DNA of 54,267 nucleotides from a virus (Duplodnaviria; Caudoviricetes): IMG/VR virus record IMGVR_UViG_3300049893_000997, positions 1 to 54,267 of that record; one strand, 5' to 3'. Shown piece by piece: positions 27,201 to 37,451 of this stretch (position 1 is its first letter; each line of letters starts with the position of its first letter). The notes under the pieces were generated by a model. It saw only the letters and a program-made list of their open reading frames with translations, ran no database searches and was not told where the DNA came from. The position numbers and the translations under genes were made by a program.

Positions 27201-30200
27201 TAAGGGAGGGATTGTATCCGGGGTACAAAAATTTGCCGAAGGAGGTTCTGTTAAACGGTCTTGGATGGAATTTTTTGGATTCACAAAATCAAAGAACCCC
27301 ATGCAAGATGATCTAAGCCAAGGCGGTGGAGAATTAATACATACATTTGATGATCTTAAAAAGGCTGTAGAGTCTGTAACAGCAGATATGGGTGATGCAG
27401 GAAAAGAAATTCTTAAGCAAATAAAACTAAGTGTGCGGCCAGCTATTATTAATGGACGTTTATTTGCGGGTGCTTTTAGACCTAGTACTGGAAAAATAGA
27501 TGCAACCCCCGGAAGGGCTGATCAGGTTGTAGCCGCTCATGAAGTTGGACACGCCTCGGATTATCTTATGGGAGGAAGTAGACCTGGGACAGAAAGATTT
27601 CCTCTTGTTGGAAGAGTAGGAGCAGAAAGATATGCTAGTGGACAACAGGGAACTCTACAAAACAAACTAGCAAAAGCTGCTCAACAAAGAATGTATATAG
27701 AATTAAAGGCTAGGGGTGCATCAGAAAAAGAAATACAACATAGATTAAATCTACAAGAAGTTTATGCTGATTTATTCTCAAAAAGTAAGCCCGCCGTTCG
27801 TGCAATCTTGGCTAGTACAACAAACGCACGCGAAGGAATGAAGCAGTTAGCCGATTTATTGGAAAATGAACCAGAACAATACAATAGACTGTTTATGGGA
27901 ATAGAGAATGATATTCCCTCGCTACGCAAAGCTCGTAAAAGAGGTTTGCAGGCACTTCAAGACGCGGCTATTGGAGCAGAGATAGAAAAAGAGAAGCAAC
28001 TAGAGGCCGCTAAACAGGCCGCAGCCGCTGCGGAAGAAGCAAAAAGGCAAGCGGCTATTTCCGAGAAGGCAGAAAAGGATAGGCAGCGAGCTTTAGAAAT
28101 TGAGAGAAAGAATAATGTTAAGCGATTAAGATCAGAAGGAACAATCACAGGCAAGCGGGCTAAAGAGGGTTTGCAAACAGAAGAGTCAAAAGCCATTGGC
28201 GGTCAAATCAGAGAAGAAAGTCAAAGGATACAAACTTTATCAAAGACTAAATCGGATGCTCAAAGTAGAGTGGAACAGTTGCCCAAAACGCTAGAAAGTC
28301 TAAAAGCGAGCGTTCAAACCGGCGTTTTAAGTCAACAAAGATACAATCAAATTGCTAAACAAACTCAAGCACAGATTAGAAAAGAACAAGAATTAATCAC
28401 TAAGATTGATCAACAAATCACAGAATCTGAAAAAAATAGAGCCGAATTACGTAATCAGTATAAAGCATCACAGCAGAAGTCTAGAGGTTTATTATATTCA
28501 GCCTCAAATGCACCCCCAAATCTTCCTAAAGGTGGTGGCCCTGGCGGTCCCGGCGGTCCCGATGATCCGGGTGGCGGACCTGTAGGCTCTTTCTTAACAA
28601 CAATTGGCAATATAGATAAACAGATGCGGAAGCTAAACATCACTTTTATTGAAATGGCGGTATATGCACAAACATTTGCTTCTACATTTGGTTCAGCAAT
28701 ATCTCAATTTTTTGAAGGTGACTTCAAACAAGAAGTATTATCCGCAGCCACAGCAAGGGGTGGTGTTTTATCAGCTACTGGAGAAGCGGCCGAAGCGGCA
28801 CTTTCAAGAAAGAATGCGTTTTTAACTGGTAAAGCCCTGGGTAAACTTCCGGGCGGGCTTGGTAGATTTGGTCAGGCTATATCAAATAATGCTGGCCGCA
28901 TAGCCGCCGCCGGTAAAGCTTTTGGTAGAGCTTTTGATATCTTCGCTAAAGTAGAGTTGGTTGGTGGATTATTTGATGCGATTCTTAGTGTTAACTATGC
29001 TGCTCAACGCGACAAGTTTATTCAATTAGGTGACGCAAGCAAAGCGGCGGAAGCGGCCACAAGGGCATATGCTCAAGAACAACTAAGAGCTATTCCTATT
29101 CTTGGTGGATTTATATCGGGCCTAGGTGGAGGTATGAACGCCACCGAAGAAAATCTAGATTCTCTTGGAAGATTGGTTGTGGGAAATGCTAGATTAGCAG
29201 CGTCTGTGATCAATAGCCAAAAAGAATTTACTCGACTATCTAATGCTTTGGACGAAGCTCGTTCTTCGAACGATGGGGGTGCCGCGAAGGAGATTATTGG
29301 TAATCAATTAAAATCAATTGAAAATCTAGACGCTCAAGCTTTCGATCTATTCCGTCAGGCTCAAATGGGTGCTAAGACTAATAAGAATGCTCCGGGATAC
29401 ACCGGTGCGGGTATGGGTATTGGTGGCACATTAGGATCCATAGCGGGCGGTGTTGCTGGTAGTTTTGTAGGAGGACCGGCAGGAGCAGCAGGGGGTGCTG
29501 CATTAGGAGGAAAGATTGGAACAGCGGTCGGGGGATTTGTCGGCCTTGGTGTTGGAGCGTATATGGACTCTCAAGAAAATAAGGCAAAAATAGCAGAAAG
29601 CTATCAAGTTCAAATTGATGCTATCAAGCAAAGTTCGCAAAATCAAATCAATATGATTAAAGATGTATCCGCTTCCTTAAAGAGCGAGTCAGCAAGAATT
29701 ATAGATGCGGGCGGTTCATATGAGGACGCATTAAAGAATATTGCGGATAGAGTTGGCGGTAAGGATATCTTGACAAAGATTATGGCAGGAGAAGAATTGA
29801 CGGGTGATATACAAAAAGATCTTGAGGCGTTAAGAGCCCAACGCGATGCTGGTCAAAAAAGGATTGACACGCTCAAAGCAGAAAAAGCCACTATAAAAGA
29901 TTCGGATAAAGTGGCTGTTATGGCAAAAGAACGAGAAATTCAATTGGCTCAGGTACGTTTAGATGCAGTTGATACTATTGAAACGGAACTACAGACTATT
30001 CAGTACAATAATATTCAGCAAGAAAGATTGCTAGAAAGAAGAAAAGTAGAGTCTGCGGCTATTAAAGAACAGATAAGAATCATGAAACAATTAGAAACCG
30101 CTTATGATGGCTTTAATGCTACCATGAGGGATATTAACGATACCGTTGAACAAATGGGTAATGTTGGAACCGGAAGATTATCCACGAGAAGGGCCGCATC

Positions 30201-31950
30201 CAGAGTGGGCATAGATGATTCTAGAATGTTTGAGATGAGTCCACAAGAAATAATGAGAACTCCAGAAGTTGCTACCGCAATGGCAACATATGCGACAGCG
30301 GCTGGTGCTCCCGGAGGAGAAATTAATCGTGCGTTGATTAGTGTAGACCAACTAAATAGATTGAATAAATTTGCTGAAACAAAAGAGTTTCAGCAATTAA
30401 GACAGAGTGCTGTTGAAGGAGAAAATAGACCATCTGCACAAGAACTTGAAAAAGATATTATGGACTTATTTGGTTTCGATGAGAGTAATCCTATCATAAA
30501 AAATGCTATTAGAACATATGCTGAAAGATTACTTTCTAATTCTGATGATGTTGCTGGTGCTGGACAAGCGGCCAAGGAGGAAGCCGAGAAACAGGCTATT
30601 GAGATTATCTCTAGACAGCAAGAAAAGTTTAAGGAGTTGATTCAAACGGAGCAAAAGTACCGCGAGGGTCAAATTGAATTAATTAACCGCAGAGCGGAAG
30701 ATGCTAAGAGGGTGTACGAGGCCGAGAAAGAATATTTCGATGAGAGGCTATCACTTAATACTAAGGTAAGAGAAGCTTTACAAATTGAGCCTGCTGGTCC
30801 GGGACGATCCTCATTCTTACAAACGCAGGCCGCAAGCAACAGAGCGGCCAGAATGGGCAATCTATCTGCCAATAGGGGCAGATTGGGGATAAGGAATGTT
30901 GATGAATCTATCAATAACGTATCTAGACTAATGGAATTTGGCAAAAGGGCCGCGGAACAGCAAGCGGCAGAAAAGGGGGAGCCGACCGGCATTAGTGATA
31001 TAATGCCGGGACTCAAAAATGACTTAGAAATTCTACAACAAACTATTAGAGATGAAATAGATATCCAAAATCAATATCTTGATGGTCTTATTGATAGTGC
31101 CAAAGCACAACAAGAATATACTCAGGCTTTGTATGATGCTCAGGGGGCTATAGTAAGAGATTTAGTTACTGGCACAGACGAAGACGTTGCTAAACAACTA
31201 AGAGGTTTGAATGCAGCAGCAATTGCTTCTATGCAGGGCAGTTTTGCTGGAGTGCCAGAAGATTTGAAACAAGAAGTATTTAGTATATTTGATCAATTTG
31301 CAGATATCGAGATTCCTGGACTTGGTAAGACTGGCAGACAAGCACAAAGAGAGATAACTAAAAATGAAATGATGAAGCGATTTGGTGTTGATGCTGCCAC
31401 AGCGGAGCAGTTAGCAAGCAAGGCCGTTCAAGACCGCGTACCAATAGATCAACGCATGGCCGATCAGATTGAAAATCAAAGAAAGATTGTTGAAGGATTA
31501 ATTACTAAAGAACACGACATGAAACAAAAACAAATTGAAATGGAAATATCTAATACTACTATATTTGGACAGCACGTAGATAGGCTGGGTATACGAGTTG
31601 ATCAATTAATTAATGAACTGGGAATGAGTCGTCAAAATTTCACAAATCCTCCACAACAAATTCCAGATAATGTTCGACCTATGAATAATATGGCCCAAAA
31701 TGTACCCGCCGCATCAAATCAACCTATTCAACTTGTTACTAATGGACAGCAAGAATTTACTTTAAGATTACCAGATATGCAGATGGCTGTAAATCAAGCT
31801 ATTACTAGCACAATCTATGATGCTATATCTACTAAATTCAAAAATCTGGCCGATGGTATAAGGACCGCAAATAATTTTGAAGATGCAGCGAATATTATAC
31901 AAACCGCCGCATCCCAAACGGAAACTCTTAATATAGGAGGACAGGTATAA
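24226..31950 (+). CDS. Tape measure protein with embedded ART-like and HExxH peptidase-like domains
   Basis: TP901-like core (LAQAG...INAVSKAYAVESTDL...RESAETISTGFRTIFGRL), long helical regions and a glycine zipper; 2574 aa. Confidence 0.93.
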   Translation: MAYDLSMQINLQKPSPTNLTEIRNSIEKGLKGINVGAAIRSATAGKPIKIPITPTVFKKDIDSIKQSIALGLGKTPFSVGIKASKQDVKTIRSFIQSGIGTIPITTKIFKSNVTDIRKTIIGKIGVVPITIKVFNSNIKQIRQQIQAGLQNITVSVNTTGAGGAGGGSGRGGRGGAGGAGRGGGGGGIGRQAAGISQSLRDATDSGNSFFDAITGKARSFAAYAVASTAILKLSGAVSNATNEAIKYEKELINIAQTTGDSIERTKSFSDALVDISTKYNVNLSQVAKLTRTLAQAGLSFSEASKGAEILARTSLLAGFDSLTSTTEGLIAVMSTFNLTVTSAGKVLESINAVSKAYAVESTDLVESIKRTGGAFSVAGGTVEELIALITAVRSTTRESAETISTGFRTIFGRLQRPKTIEYFKKLGIELEDAEGKFIGPYQSIIAINKGLEQLGITTGTVKFAEVVEQIGGIRQISKVVPLLTQTKKAQEALNVANNASEESIKDLEKAQQGLGYKLGTLQKEFAALISEVVDSKGFKTLADIFIGLSKSVIQFTSTLKPLMSALAPIMGAVAGRVLGQSLQGKGFSETYGSGRAAARRRNRIQGRMSNIGGLGGAAGPYATSQQQDVANFYQNQLNAIPASRRGRRRYASGGTVPGSGSGDTVPAMLTPGEFVINKKSAQAIGYSNLAKINKYADGGLVEGKTTKEAYLYHASNSGKDNRVIESLLKGGARSDIAHGYGQGSGFYLYTNVQKAYDHALGLSDPTALTGAEQGGKPFVAWFVEKLTPKRWNLDYEYNSPLVTKWITDNYDQLKRYLEGQKIDHPEFPSQLPAITVKGITQQNKGISLEVADKSGRTQLDEVLSNQSGNVKTGRYLGQIISHLRNNDPNIVYNFEGWALENVAEKKFKSDIKGIKYVGKEPLKPFSIQTYDEANDFWRTVKNDDWSLSKFAKGGAVGTDTVPAMLTPGEYVINKKSAQAFGYGNLEKVNRYAKGGIVSGVQKFAEGGSVKRSWMEFFGFTKSKNPMQDDLSQGGGELIHTFDDLKKAVESVTADMGDAGKEILKQIKLSVRPAIINGRLFAGAFRPSTGKIDATPGRADQVVAAHEVGHASDYLMGGSRPGTERFPLVGRVGAERYASGQQGTLQNKLAKAAQQRMYIELKARGASEKEIQHRLNLQEVYADLFSKSKPAVRAILASTTNAREGMKQLADLLENEPEQYNRLFMGIENDIPSLRKARKRGLQALQDAAIGAEIEKEKQLEAAKQAAAAAEEAKRQAAISEKAEKDRQRALEIERKNNVKRLRSEGTITGKRAKEGLQTEESKAIGGQIREESQRIQTLSKTKSDAQSRVEQLPKTLESLKASVQTGVLSQQRYNQIAKQTQAQIRKEQELITKIDQQITESEKNRAELRNQYKASQQKSRGLLYSASNAPPNLPKGGGPGGPGGPDDPGGGPVGSFLTTIGNIDKQMRKLNITFIEMAVYAQTFASTFGSAISQFFEGDFKQEVLSAATARGGVLSATGEAAEAALSRKNAFLTGKALGKLPGGLGRFGQAISNNAGRIAAAGKAFGRAFDIFAKVELVGGLFDAILSVNYAAQRDKFIQLGDASKAAEAATRAYAQEQLRAIPILGGFISGLGGGMNATEENLDSLGRLVVGNARLAASVINSQKEFTRLSNALDEARSSNDGGAAKEIIGNQLKSIENLDAQAFDLFRQAQMGAKTNKNAPGYTGAGMGIGGTLGSIAGGVAGSFVGGPAGAAGGAALGGKIGTAVGGFVGLGVGAYMDSQENKAKIAESYQVQIDAIKQSSQNQINMIKDVSASLKSESARIIDAGGSYEDALKNIADRVGGKDILTKIMAGEELTGDIQKDLEALRAQRDAGQKRIDTLKAEKATIKDSDKVAVMAKEREIQLAQVRLDAVDTIETELQTIQYNNIQQERLLERRKVESAAIKEQIRIMKQLETAYDGFNATMRDINDTVEQMGNVGTGRLSTRRAASRVGIDDSRMFEMSPQEIMRTPEVATAMATYATAAGAPGGEINRALISVDQLNRLNKFAETKEFQQLRQSAVEGENRPSAQELEKDIMDLFGFDESNPIIKNAIRTYAERLLSNSDDVAGAGQAAKEEAEKQAIEIISRQQEKFKELIQTEQKYREGQIELINRRAEDAKRVYEAEKEYFDERLSLNTKVREALQIEPAGPGRSSFLQTQAASNRAARMGNLSANRGRLGIRNVDESINNVSRLMEFGKRAAEQQAAEKGEPTGISDIMPGLKNDLEILQQTIRDEIDIQNQYLDGLIDSAKAQQEYTQALYDAQGAIVRDLVTGTDEDVAKQLRGLNAAAIASMQGSFAGVPEDLKQEVFSIFDQFADIEIPGLGKTGRQAQREITKNEMMKRFGVDAATAEQLASKAVQDRVPIDQRMADQIENQRKIVEGLITKEHDMKQKQIEMEISNTTIFGQHVDRLGIRVDQLINELGMSRQNFTNPPQQIPDNVRPMNNMAQNVPAASNQPIQLVTNGQQEFTLRLPDMQMAVNQAITSTIYDAISTKFKNLADGIRTANNFEDAANIIQTAASQTETLNIGGQV
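26173..27246 (+). repeat. Duplicated [YF]AxGG-DTVPAMLTPGE-[YF]AxGG module inside the tape measure
   Basis: Copy 1 at 26173-26322 and copy 2 at 27073-27210, plus an extra FAEGG at 27232; the cores are 888 bp apart and share DNA blocks gctatgttaactccYggcgagt and aaatccgcacaagct. Confidence 0.9.
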
Positions 31951-33680
31951 TGCCAGTTATTGTTACTAAAGATAATGTAGACTATTATCTGGTTCCAGCA
32001 CCGCTCGTTTCATTCAACAAGCAAGTTTACAATAATGTGGGGCGACCAGGATTTGGAGCAGATTTTACTATATCATTACAAGGCACGCTAGTACAAACTC
32101 ATGGTAATCCGTATTTTTCATCAGGAGTGGGCGGCGTATATTCCAGCGGAACAGACTGGACAAGAACAATAGATGTTGAATCGGCAGAAATTACCGATGT
32201 TGCCGGAATTGATAGATTAAATGCTACTATCCGAAAACAGGAGTTGATTAGAAATCTTTTTTCAAATCCGGTTGTTAGCGGAGTTGCCAAACCAATCAAA
32301 GTCACGATTCGCGGATGGGACGCGGGAATTAACGCCGGGTCTGGTATCTCATTTAATGGATTTGTAGATGATATAGCTTTCGACTCTGATGGTAGATGGG
32401 CCAATCCGGGTGGATACACGGTTAATCTAAGGAATACTACCTTTCTATCTAGTGCTAATGGTATATTCAATGGTAATGAGAATCTTAATCAAGCATCCGG
32501 ATATTATGTATCTAATGTCACAGAAACTTTTGATATTCAAGAGGATGGTAGAACAACGTTAGTATTTCAGAATAGTGGAAGCGGTAGACAACTACAGGGT
32601 ATTAACAAAATATACAATATCAATCGATCTATTACTGTGGTTGGTTCGCCAGTGTATGGTTCTGATGGATCATATCTAAACGGTTTAGCTCCCTGGCAAC
32701 AGGCTAGTGGGTTTCTTCATCAATATCTCAATGTTGGCTCGGGGGTACTATCCGGTTTTGGTTCTGTAAGAACACGGGCGATTTCTAATACAATTCAAGG
32801 TAATTATAAACCAGCTAATTTTGTCTATCAAGAAAGCATTGATCGAGAGGCCGGGTCATATAGCATCACGGAAACATACACTCTTTATAGCGGTGGATAT
32901 CCGGTTATTGAAACAATCACCATTAATCAAGACATTGGAGAGGATGATACAAACAGCGTTAGTATTCAGGGAACAATCCAAGGATTAAATACTGTAGATG
33001 GGTTCGCTAGTACTGGTAACGCTTACTTTAATGCCAATGCGTACTTTACTGGGGTTGTTGATACTGGTATACCATCAACCGCATATTATTATGCTCGTGG
33101 CGTGTTACGCGATCCGGCCAATCCCGGATTAGTGCCCTGGCTACATCCAAGACCGCTTACTGAATCAATTGCTAGAGATTTTAGTGCGGGAACCATAAGT
33201 TACACGTATAATTATAATGATAGACCGGCTAATTTGGTTCCGGGAAGTATTTCAGAAAGTATACAAATTAGTGATACTTATCCTGGCGAATTATTTTCTG
33301 TAACTCCAGTCATTGGTAGAAGTCAACCGGTATTGCAATATCTAAATTCTAGAAGCGAGTACAAACGTAGTTTATCTATCAATATTACCATGGGTGCAAC
33401 AGGAGTTCTGGGATTTGGCACAGTAAATGGTCGCGGCGAGAATATAGATGATTCTGCGACAAGACGAGCGATACTTCAGAGGATGCTTTTAACAGAAAAA
33501 CCCAGCGTTTCGCAAAACGCGGCACTAAATGATATTTTTCAAGCTGCTAATCCGGTAAACGATCCTAATTTTACGGTCGCCAGCGGAAAATGTTACCATT
33601 CTGCACCAAATGAAAGTTGGGATGCTAGAACTAGAAATTATAGCTATAATATTGAGTGGACATTTGAAAGGACAACCTAA
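31950..33680 (+). CDS. Tail tip/distal tail-like protein
   Basis: TAATG-coupled to the tape measure; beta-rich with repeated E.....G.YSY modules. Confidence 0.6.
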   Translation: MPVIVTKDNVDYYLVPAPLVSFNKQVYNNVGRPGFGADFTISLQGTLVQTHGNPYFSSGVGGVYSSGTDWTRTIDVESAEITDVAGIDRLNATIRKQELIRNLFSNPVVSGVAKPIKVTIRGWDAGINAGSGISFNGFVDDIAFDSDGRWANPGGYTVNLRNTTFLSSANGIFNGNENLNQASGYYVSNVTETFDIQEDGRTTLVFQNSGSGRQLQGINKIYNINRSITVVGSPVYGSDGSYLNGLAPWQQASGFLHQYLNVGSGVLSGFGSVRTRAISNTIQGNYKPANFVYQESIDREAGSYSITETYTLYSGGYPVIETITINQDIGEDDTNSVSIQGTIQGLNTVDGFASTGNAYFNANAYFTGVVDTGIPSTAYYYARGVLRDPANPGLVPWLHPRPLTESIARDFSAGTISYTYNYNDRPANLVPGSISESIQISDTYPGELFSVTPVIGRSQPVLQYLNSRSEYKRSLSINITMGATGVLGFGTVNGRGENIDDSATRRAILQRMLLTEKPSVSQNAALNDIFQAANPVNDPNFTVASGKCYHSAPNESWDARTRNYSYNIEWTFERTT

Positions 33681-36600
33681 TGCCAACGATTAACCCATTT
33701 GGTGGTACATCGACCGCCTCCGGTACTCCAGATTTGGCTCCAATCAAGTTATTTGGATGCACCGTTATAGATTTCAATGTTTCTGCGGATTGGTCTTCTC
33801 AGGGCGGAAGTTTAAATTGTAGATTGATAGAGAGTGACACGGATGGCGATAGGTTGAAAATACCGGTACTTGGCTCGCCGGTACTATTTGAATTAAAAGA
33901 TAATGCTGGTAATGTACTATTTCAATACATTGGTATTGTTGATTCTTTCTCTAGATCAGCGGGTGACGGCAAAACTTATAGTGCTAACCTAAGCAGTCCA
34001 ATGTTAATTTTGGATGCTACATCGGTGATAATGAACGGTTATGCCGGATTAGGATCATCAAGAGAAGGTTCGTATCTGTTGAACGGTATGACTGACCAAC
34101 AGTTTGGTCATAATAATAGTGGAATAATAGTAGATAACTCTCCGGGAGTATATCACTGGTGGAATGTTGCTAATCTGATTAATGTTTTTGGTATTCTAGA
34201 AAATGATGATCCTCAGTATAGAGTTCCAACAAACATTGATGCTAATTTATTTGGAGTTGGCACTAGATATGGAGATTTTGGATTCTCTAGTAATAGTCAG
34301 GATGGAATTCCTTTAATTAAGCTTATGTGGGCTTTACATATGGGAATTAATCATTTGCCACAGATTACTGAAACTCAAAAACAAAAAACACATGGTGGCA
34401 ATCTATTATTTGGACGACATAATTACAATCTTTATGATGACCAAGAAGCTATACCGTATTACTATCATTTTGATGCGATACATTTTTACAATCAGATAGT
34501 AGGTAAATTAGGACCAGAGTATAGAGTCGCTGGAGATGCTAAAACTTTATCTGAGATAATTTCTCATCTTTGTACAGAAGCAAATCTAGAATTTTTTACT
34601 TATCTGGATATTTATACGGATCAAACTATAGGTGATCCAACACTACAAGACGAAGATCCGTATATTAATCGTCCAGCAGTATTTAATTGGTCAGCGGGCG
34701 TTGGACAAAGCATGATTCCCATCAAGTTTCCGTTAGGAGGAAATTATGGTGGTACTATTAGAGTTCAAACTATAGACAAAAACAGCTTTTTCAATTCGTA
34801 TCGTCCATTCAGCAACATCGCATATAATCTAATTGGATTAGAAGTTCCCGATTTGAAATCGGATATTTTTGCTAGCAATTCTGTTCATCCGGGCAAGCGT
34901 CCGATAGGTGATTCCTCATATGGTCTAGCAAGTAGCAATAGCACGATATATTCGGACCCGCTTGATTCTTCGGGTGTGCGACAATGGAGAGGAAGTGAGG
35001 TACAGTCGCAAGAACCAACGTGGGGTTTTACGGATGTTAGCACAAAATCGCTAGCTAATGGTGGAAGTTTTCCGGTTCAGCAAACTGGGGTTGGTGGGCT
35101 ACCGGTATTATTTGATCCAAGTAAACTATCCGATGTAAAAATAAAAAATTCTGATATTTCCATCAAGTTAAATGATCTTACAACAATGAAGGTCGTTACC
35201 GGGGGCTATCAAACTAGATTGGTAACAGCATCTGGTTCATTTTTAAGGCATTATTGGGGCGATATTATTGTTACTGGCGTATCTGATCCTAAATCCACAA
35301 TGGATACGGCAACCGATCAATTTGGGCTTGATGAAACTTCTACACGCAAAATTCCAGTAATCACTCCAATATTAGACCCAAGAGATGTTGATGATTATAT
35401 TTTGATTGATATGAAAAGCGAGTTTGGTCCAATCACAGTCTCTGGAGTGTTATATCAAGGTATTTATGCTGCATCTATGTTGGAAATTAGATGTGCTATG
35501 GCATCTATAGAAAGTTGGAAAGGATTTATAGATGGATACAAGCAGAAAAAGGTGGACAATCTTATCAACGCCTTCTATCCTTTATTGCCTTCTGGTAGTG
35601 GGCAAAATGGAATCTCAAGAACTGATCAGTTACAAAGTACCAACTATATTAATGGTAAGGGGGGTCTTGGGTATGCGGGTATAGTTAATCTATTAGGACT
35701 CGGCAATGTTTTTACAGCATACAAAACTCCTAATGAATTAATTTCTGTTAATTGTGACAAGTCTGGAGAGTTTAATAATTTGCCAACAGCGTCTGGCGAT
35801 GGAATCTTTGGCCTTGGACTGAATATGTCAAGGGCACAAGCCGAATTTCAAGTTAAGGGCTTGATTCTTCCTAAGATACATGAGAAATTAAAGGAATTAG
35901 GAGATACGCACTATGGTAAGTCCTGGTATGCTCCGGTTCCTTATGCTAAAGCAATGCAGGACTTAGACGGAGATAGTTTGGTTGGTGATTTCAAAAGAGC
36001 GTGGGAATTAAATGATTCTGCTTATGTTGAGCCATCTAATTATTATCCTAGAGAAATTCCTCAAAGCAATCTCTTCATTAAGGATGGAAAAGTTACTCCA
36101 TTTTTGAATTATAATCAAGACTTTTTAACATCAAATACCGGACAATATGATACCACATACGCTAAGGATATTACTAATCTTCTTGGTCAAAAACAGATGA
36201 TCTGCAATTTTTCTGAATATGACTTAGATAGATTATGTATGACTAGATACTCGCCATCTTATGTGGACGCAAGTGGTAATATACTATTTAATACATCTGG
36301 AGTATCTGGAATTACAATTGTTCACGCGGCACCAGATAGCATAGAAGATATTTACGCATTTTTACCAGTAGGTTATGATTACTACTATAATCGTGCATCA
36401 TTACCATATAGCGATATTTTAACCGGACTATCTAAAAAATATACTCAGAAAACTATGCCAGGAATCGATTTAATCCCGAGCGGAGAAGGACAACAAGATA
36501 CCATTTATTACAAAACGGTCGATACAAGTAAGGGCTATGTGGCTTCTGCTAATAATCTAACACTTCAGGCTTTATCTACTGCCACCACAGGCTCACCTGA

Positions 36601-37447
36601 ATACAATTATAGTGGAATTATTGGCATTCCATCGCAAACTCAAAATGATTGGCTCGTTCGTGCGGTTAGTGGATTGCAAGCCTTAGAATATCCAGAAAAT
36701 GGTAGGTTTTGTTTTCCATTTGTGAAATTCTCTACGGCTAGAGTTTTTCTTCCTGTTCCAAGGCCGGGATTTGTGGCAAGCAACGGACTAGGAGATATAC
36801 CACTTAATGGCTTAAATGCTTTTTTAGGCACATCTATCAGAAACAAAAATGGATTTCCAAATCAACCCGGAGATCTACTGCCATCTGGAAGGGCCAGACA
36901 ATTATCGATGATGGAGGATCAAATTGTTTCAGTATTACAGCCATTTCAAACTTGTGTTGTTCCAAGATCATTCAATTATACTCAACTATCAACTAGATAT
37001 GTTTATGGACCATGGATTACTAGCCTAGAATATATACCATTTCGTGGAAAGGTAGAATACGAGCAGGACGAATCTTTAGTGCCAGAAAATTTTCTCATTC
37101 CAAATAATTTTGGTCAATTTGGAAGCTATACATTAAGTCAAATTAGTGGTTTCGCTGGTATGAACTTGGCGGCACAAGGAAAAGCAAATGCTATAGATGA
37201 TTTTGCTCTTTTTGCATTAGAAGAAGGAAGTATTACTATACCGGGTGCCCCATCAATAAAGAGGGTCGGGGATAGTCTTTATGGTATTCAGCAAGTTACT
37301 GATATTAAGATTAGTGTAAACAACAACGCTATAGAAACTACATATAGTTTTAAGACTATATCGCCAAAATTTGGAAAAAATACTAGAGACTTAGAACAAA
37401 AAATGACTAAGATATCTAATGATATCAAGAAATTAAAGCTTAGGTGA
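33680..37447 (+). CDS. Tail tip hub-like protein
   Basis: 1255 aa; LFGCTV.DFNVSADW N-terminus; GSITIPGAP...VTDIKISV....IETTYSF hub-like C-terminus. Confidence 0.55.
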   Translation: MPTINPFGGTSTASGTPDLAPIKLFGCTVIDFNVSADWSSQGGSLNCRLIESDTDGDRLKIPVLGSPVLFELKDNAGNVLFQYIGIVDSFSRSAGDGKTYSANLSSPMLILDATSVIMNGYAGLGSSREGSYLLNGMTDQQFGHNNSGIIVDNSPGVYHWWNVANLINVFGILENDDPQYRVPTNIDANLFGVGTRYGDFGFSSNSQDGIPLIKLMWALHMGINHLPQITETQKQKTHGGNLLFGRHNYNLYDDQEAIPYYYHFDAIHFYNQIVGKLGPEYRVAGDAKTLSEIISHLCTEANLEFFTYLDIYTDQTIGDPTLQDEDPYINRPAVFNWSAGVGQSMIPIKFPLGGNYGGTIRVQTIDKNSFFNSYRPFSNIAYNLIGLEVPDLKSDIFASNSVHPGKRPIGDSSYGLASSNSTIYSDPLDSSGVRQWRGSEVQSQEPTWGFTDVSTKSLANGGSFPVQQTGVGGLPVLFDPSKLSDVKIKNSDISIKLNDLTTMKVVTGGYQTRLVTASGSFLRHYWGDIIVTGVSDPKSTMDTATDQFGLDETSTRKIPVITPILDPRDVDDYILIDMKSEFGPITVSGVLYQGIYAASMLEIRCAMASIESWKGFIDGYKQKKVDNLINAFYPLLPSGSGQNGISRTDQLQSTNYINGKGGLGYAGIVNLLGLGNVFTAYKTPNELISVNCDKSGEFNNLPTASGDGIFGLGLNMSRAQAEFQVKGLILPKIHEKLKELGDTHYGKSWYAPVPYAKAMQDLDGDSLVGDFKRAWELNDSAYVEPSNYYPREIPQSNLFIKDGKVTPFLNYNQDFLTSNTGQYDTTYAKDITNLLGQKQMICNFSEYDLDRLCMTRYSPSYVDASGNILFNTSGVSGITIVHAAPDSIEDIYAFLPVGYDYYYNRASLPYSDILTGLSKKYTQKTMPGIDLIPSGEGQQDTIYYKTVDTSKGYVASANNLTLQALSTATTGSPEYNYSGIIGIPSQTQNDWLVRAVSGLQALEYPENGRFCFPFVKFSTARVFLPVPRPGFVASNGLGDIPLNGLNAFLGTSIRNKNGFPNQPGDLLPSGRARQLSMMEDQIVSVLQPFQTCVVPRSFNYTQLSTRYVYGPWITSLEYIPFRGKVEYEQDESLVPENFLIPNNFGQFGSYTLSQISGFAGMNLAAQGKANAIDDFALFALEEGSITIPGAPSIKRVGDSLYGIQQVTDIKISVNNNAIETTYSFKTISPKFGKNTRDLEQKMTKISNDIKKLKLR

Positions 37448-37451
37448 TTCT

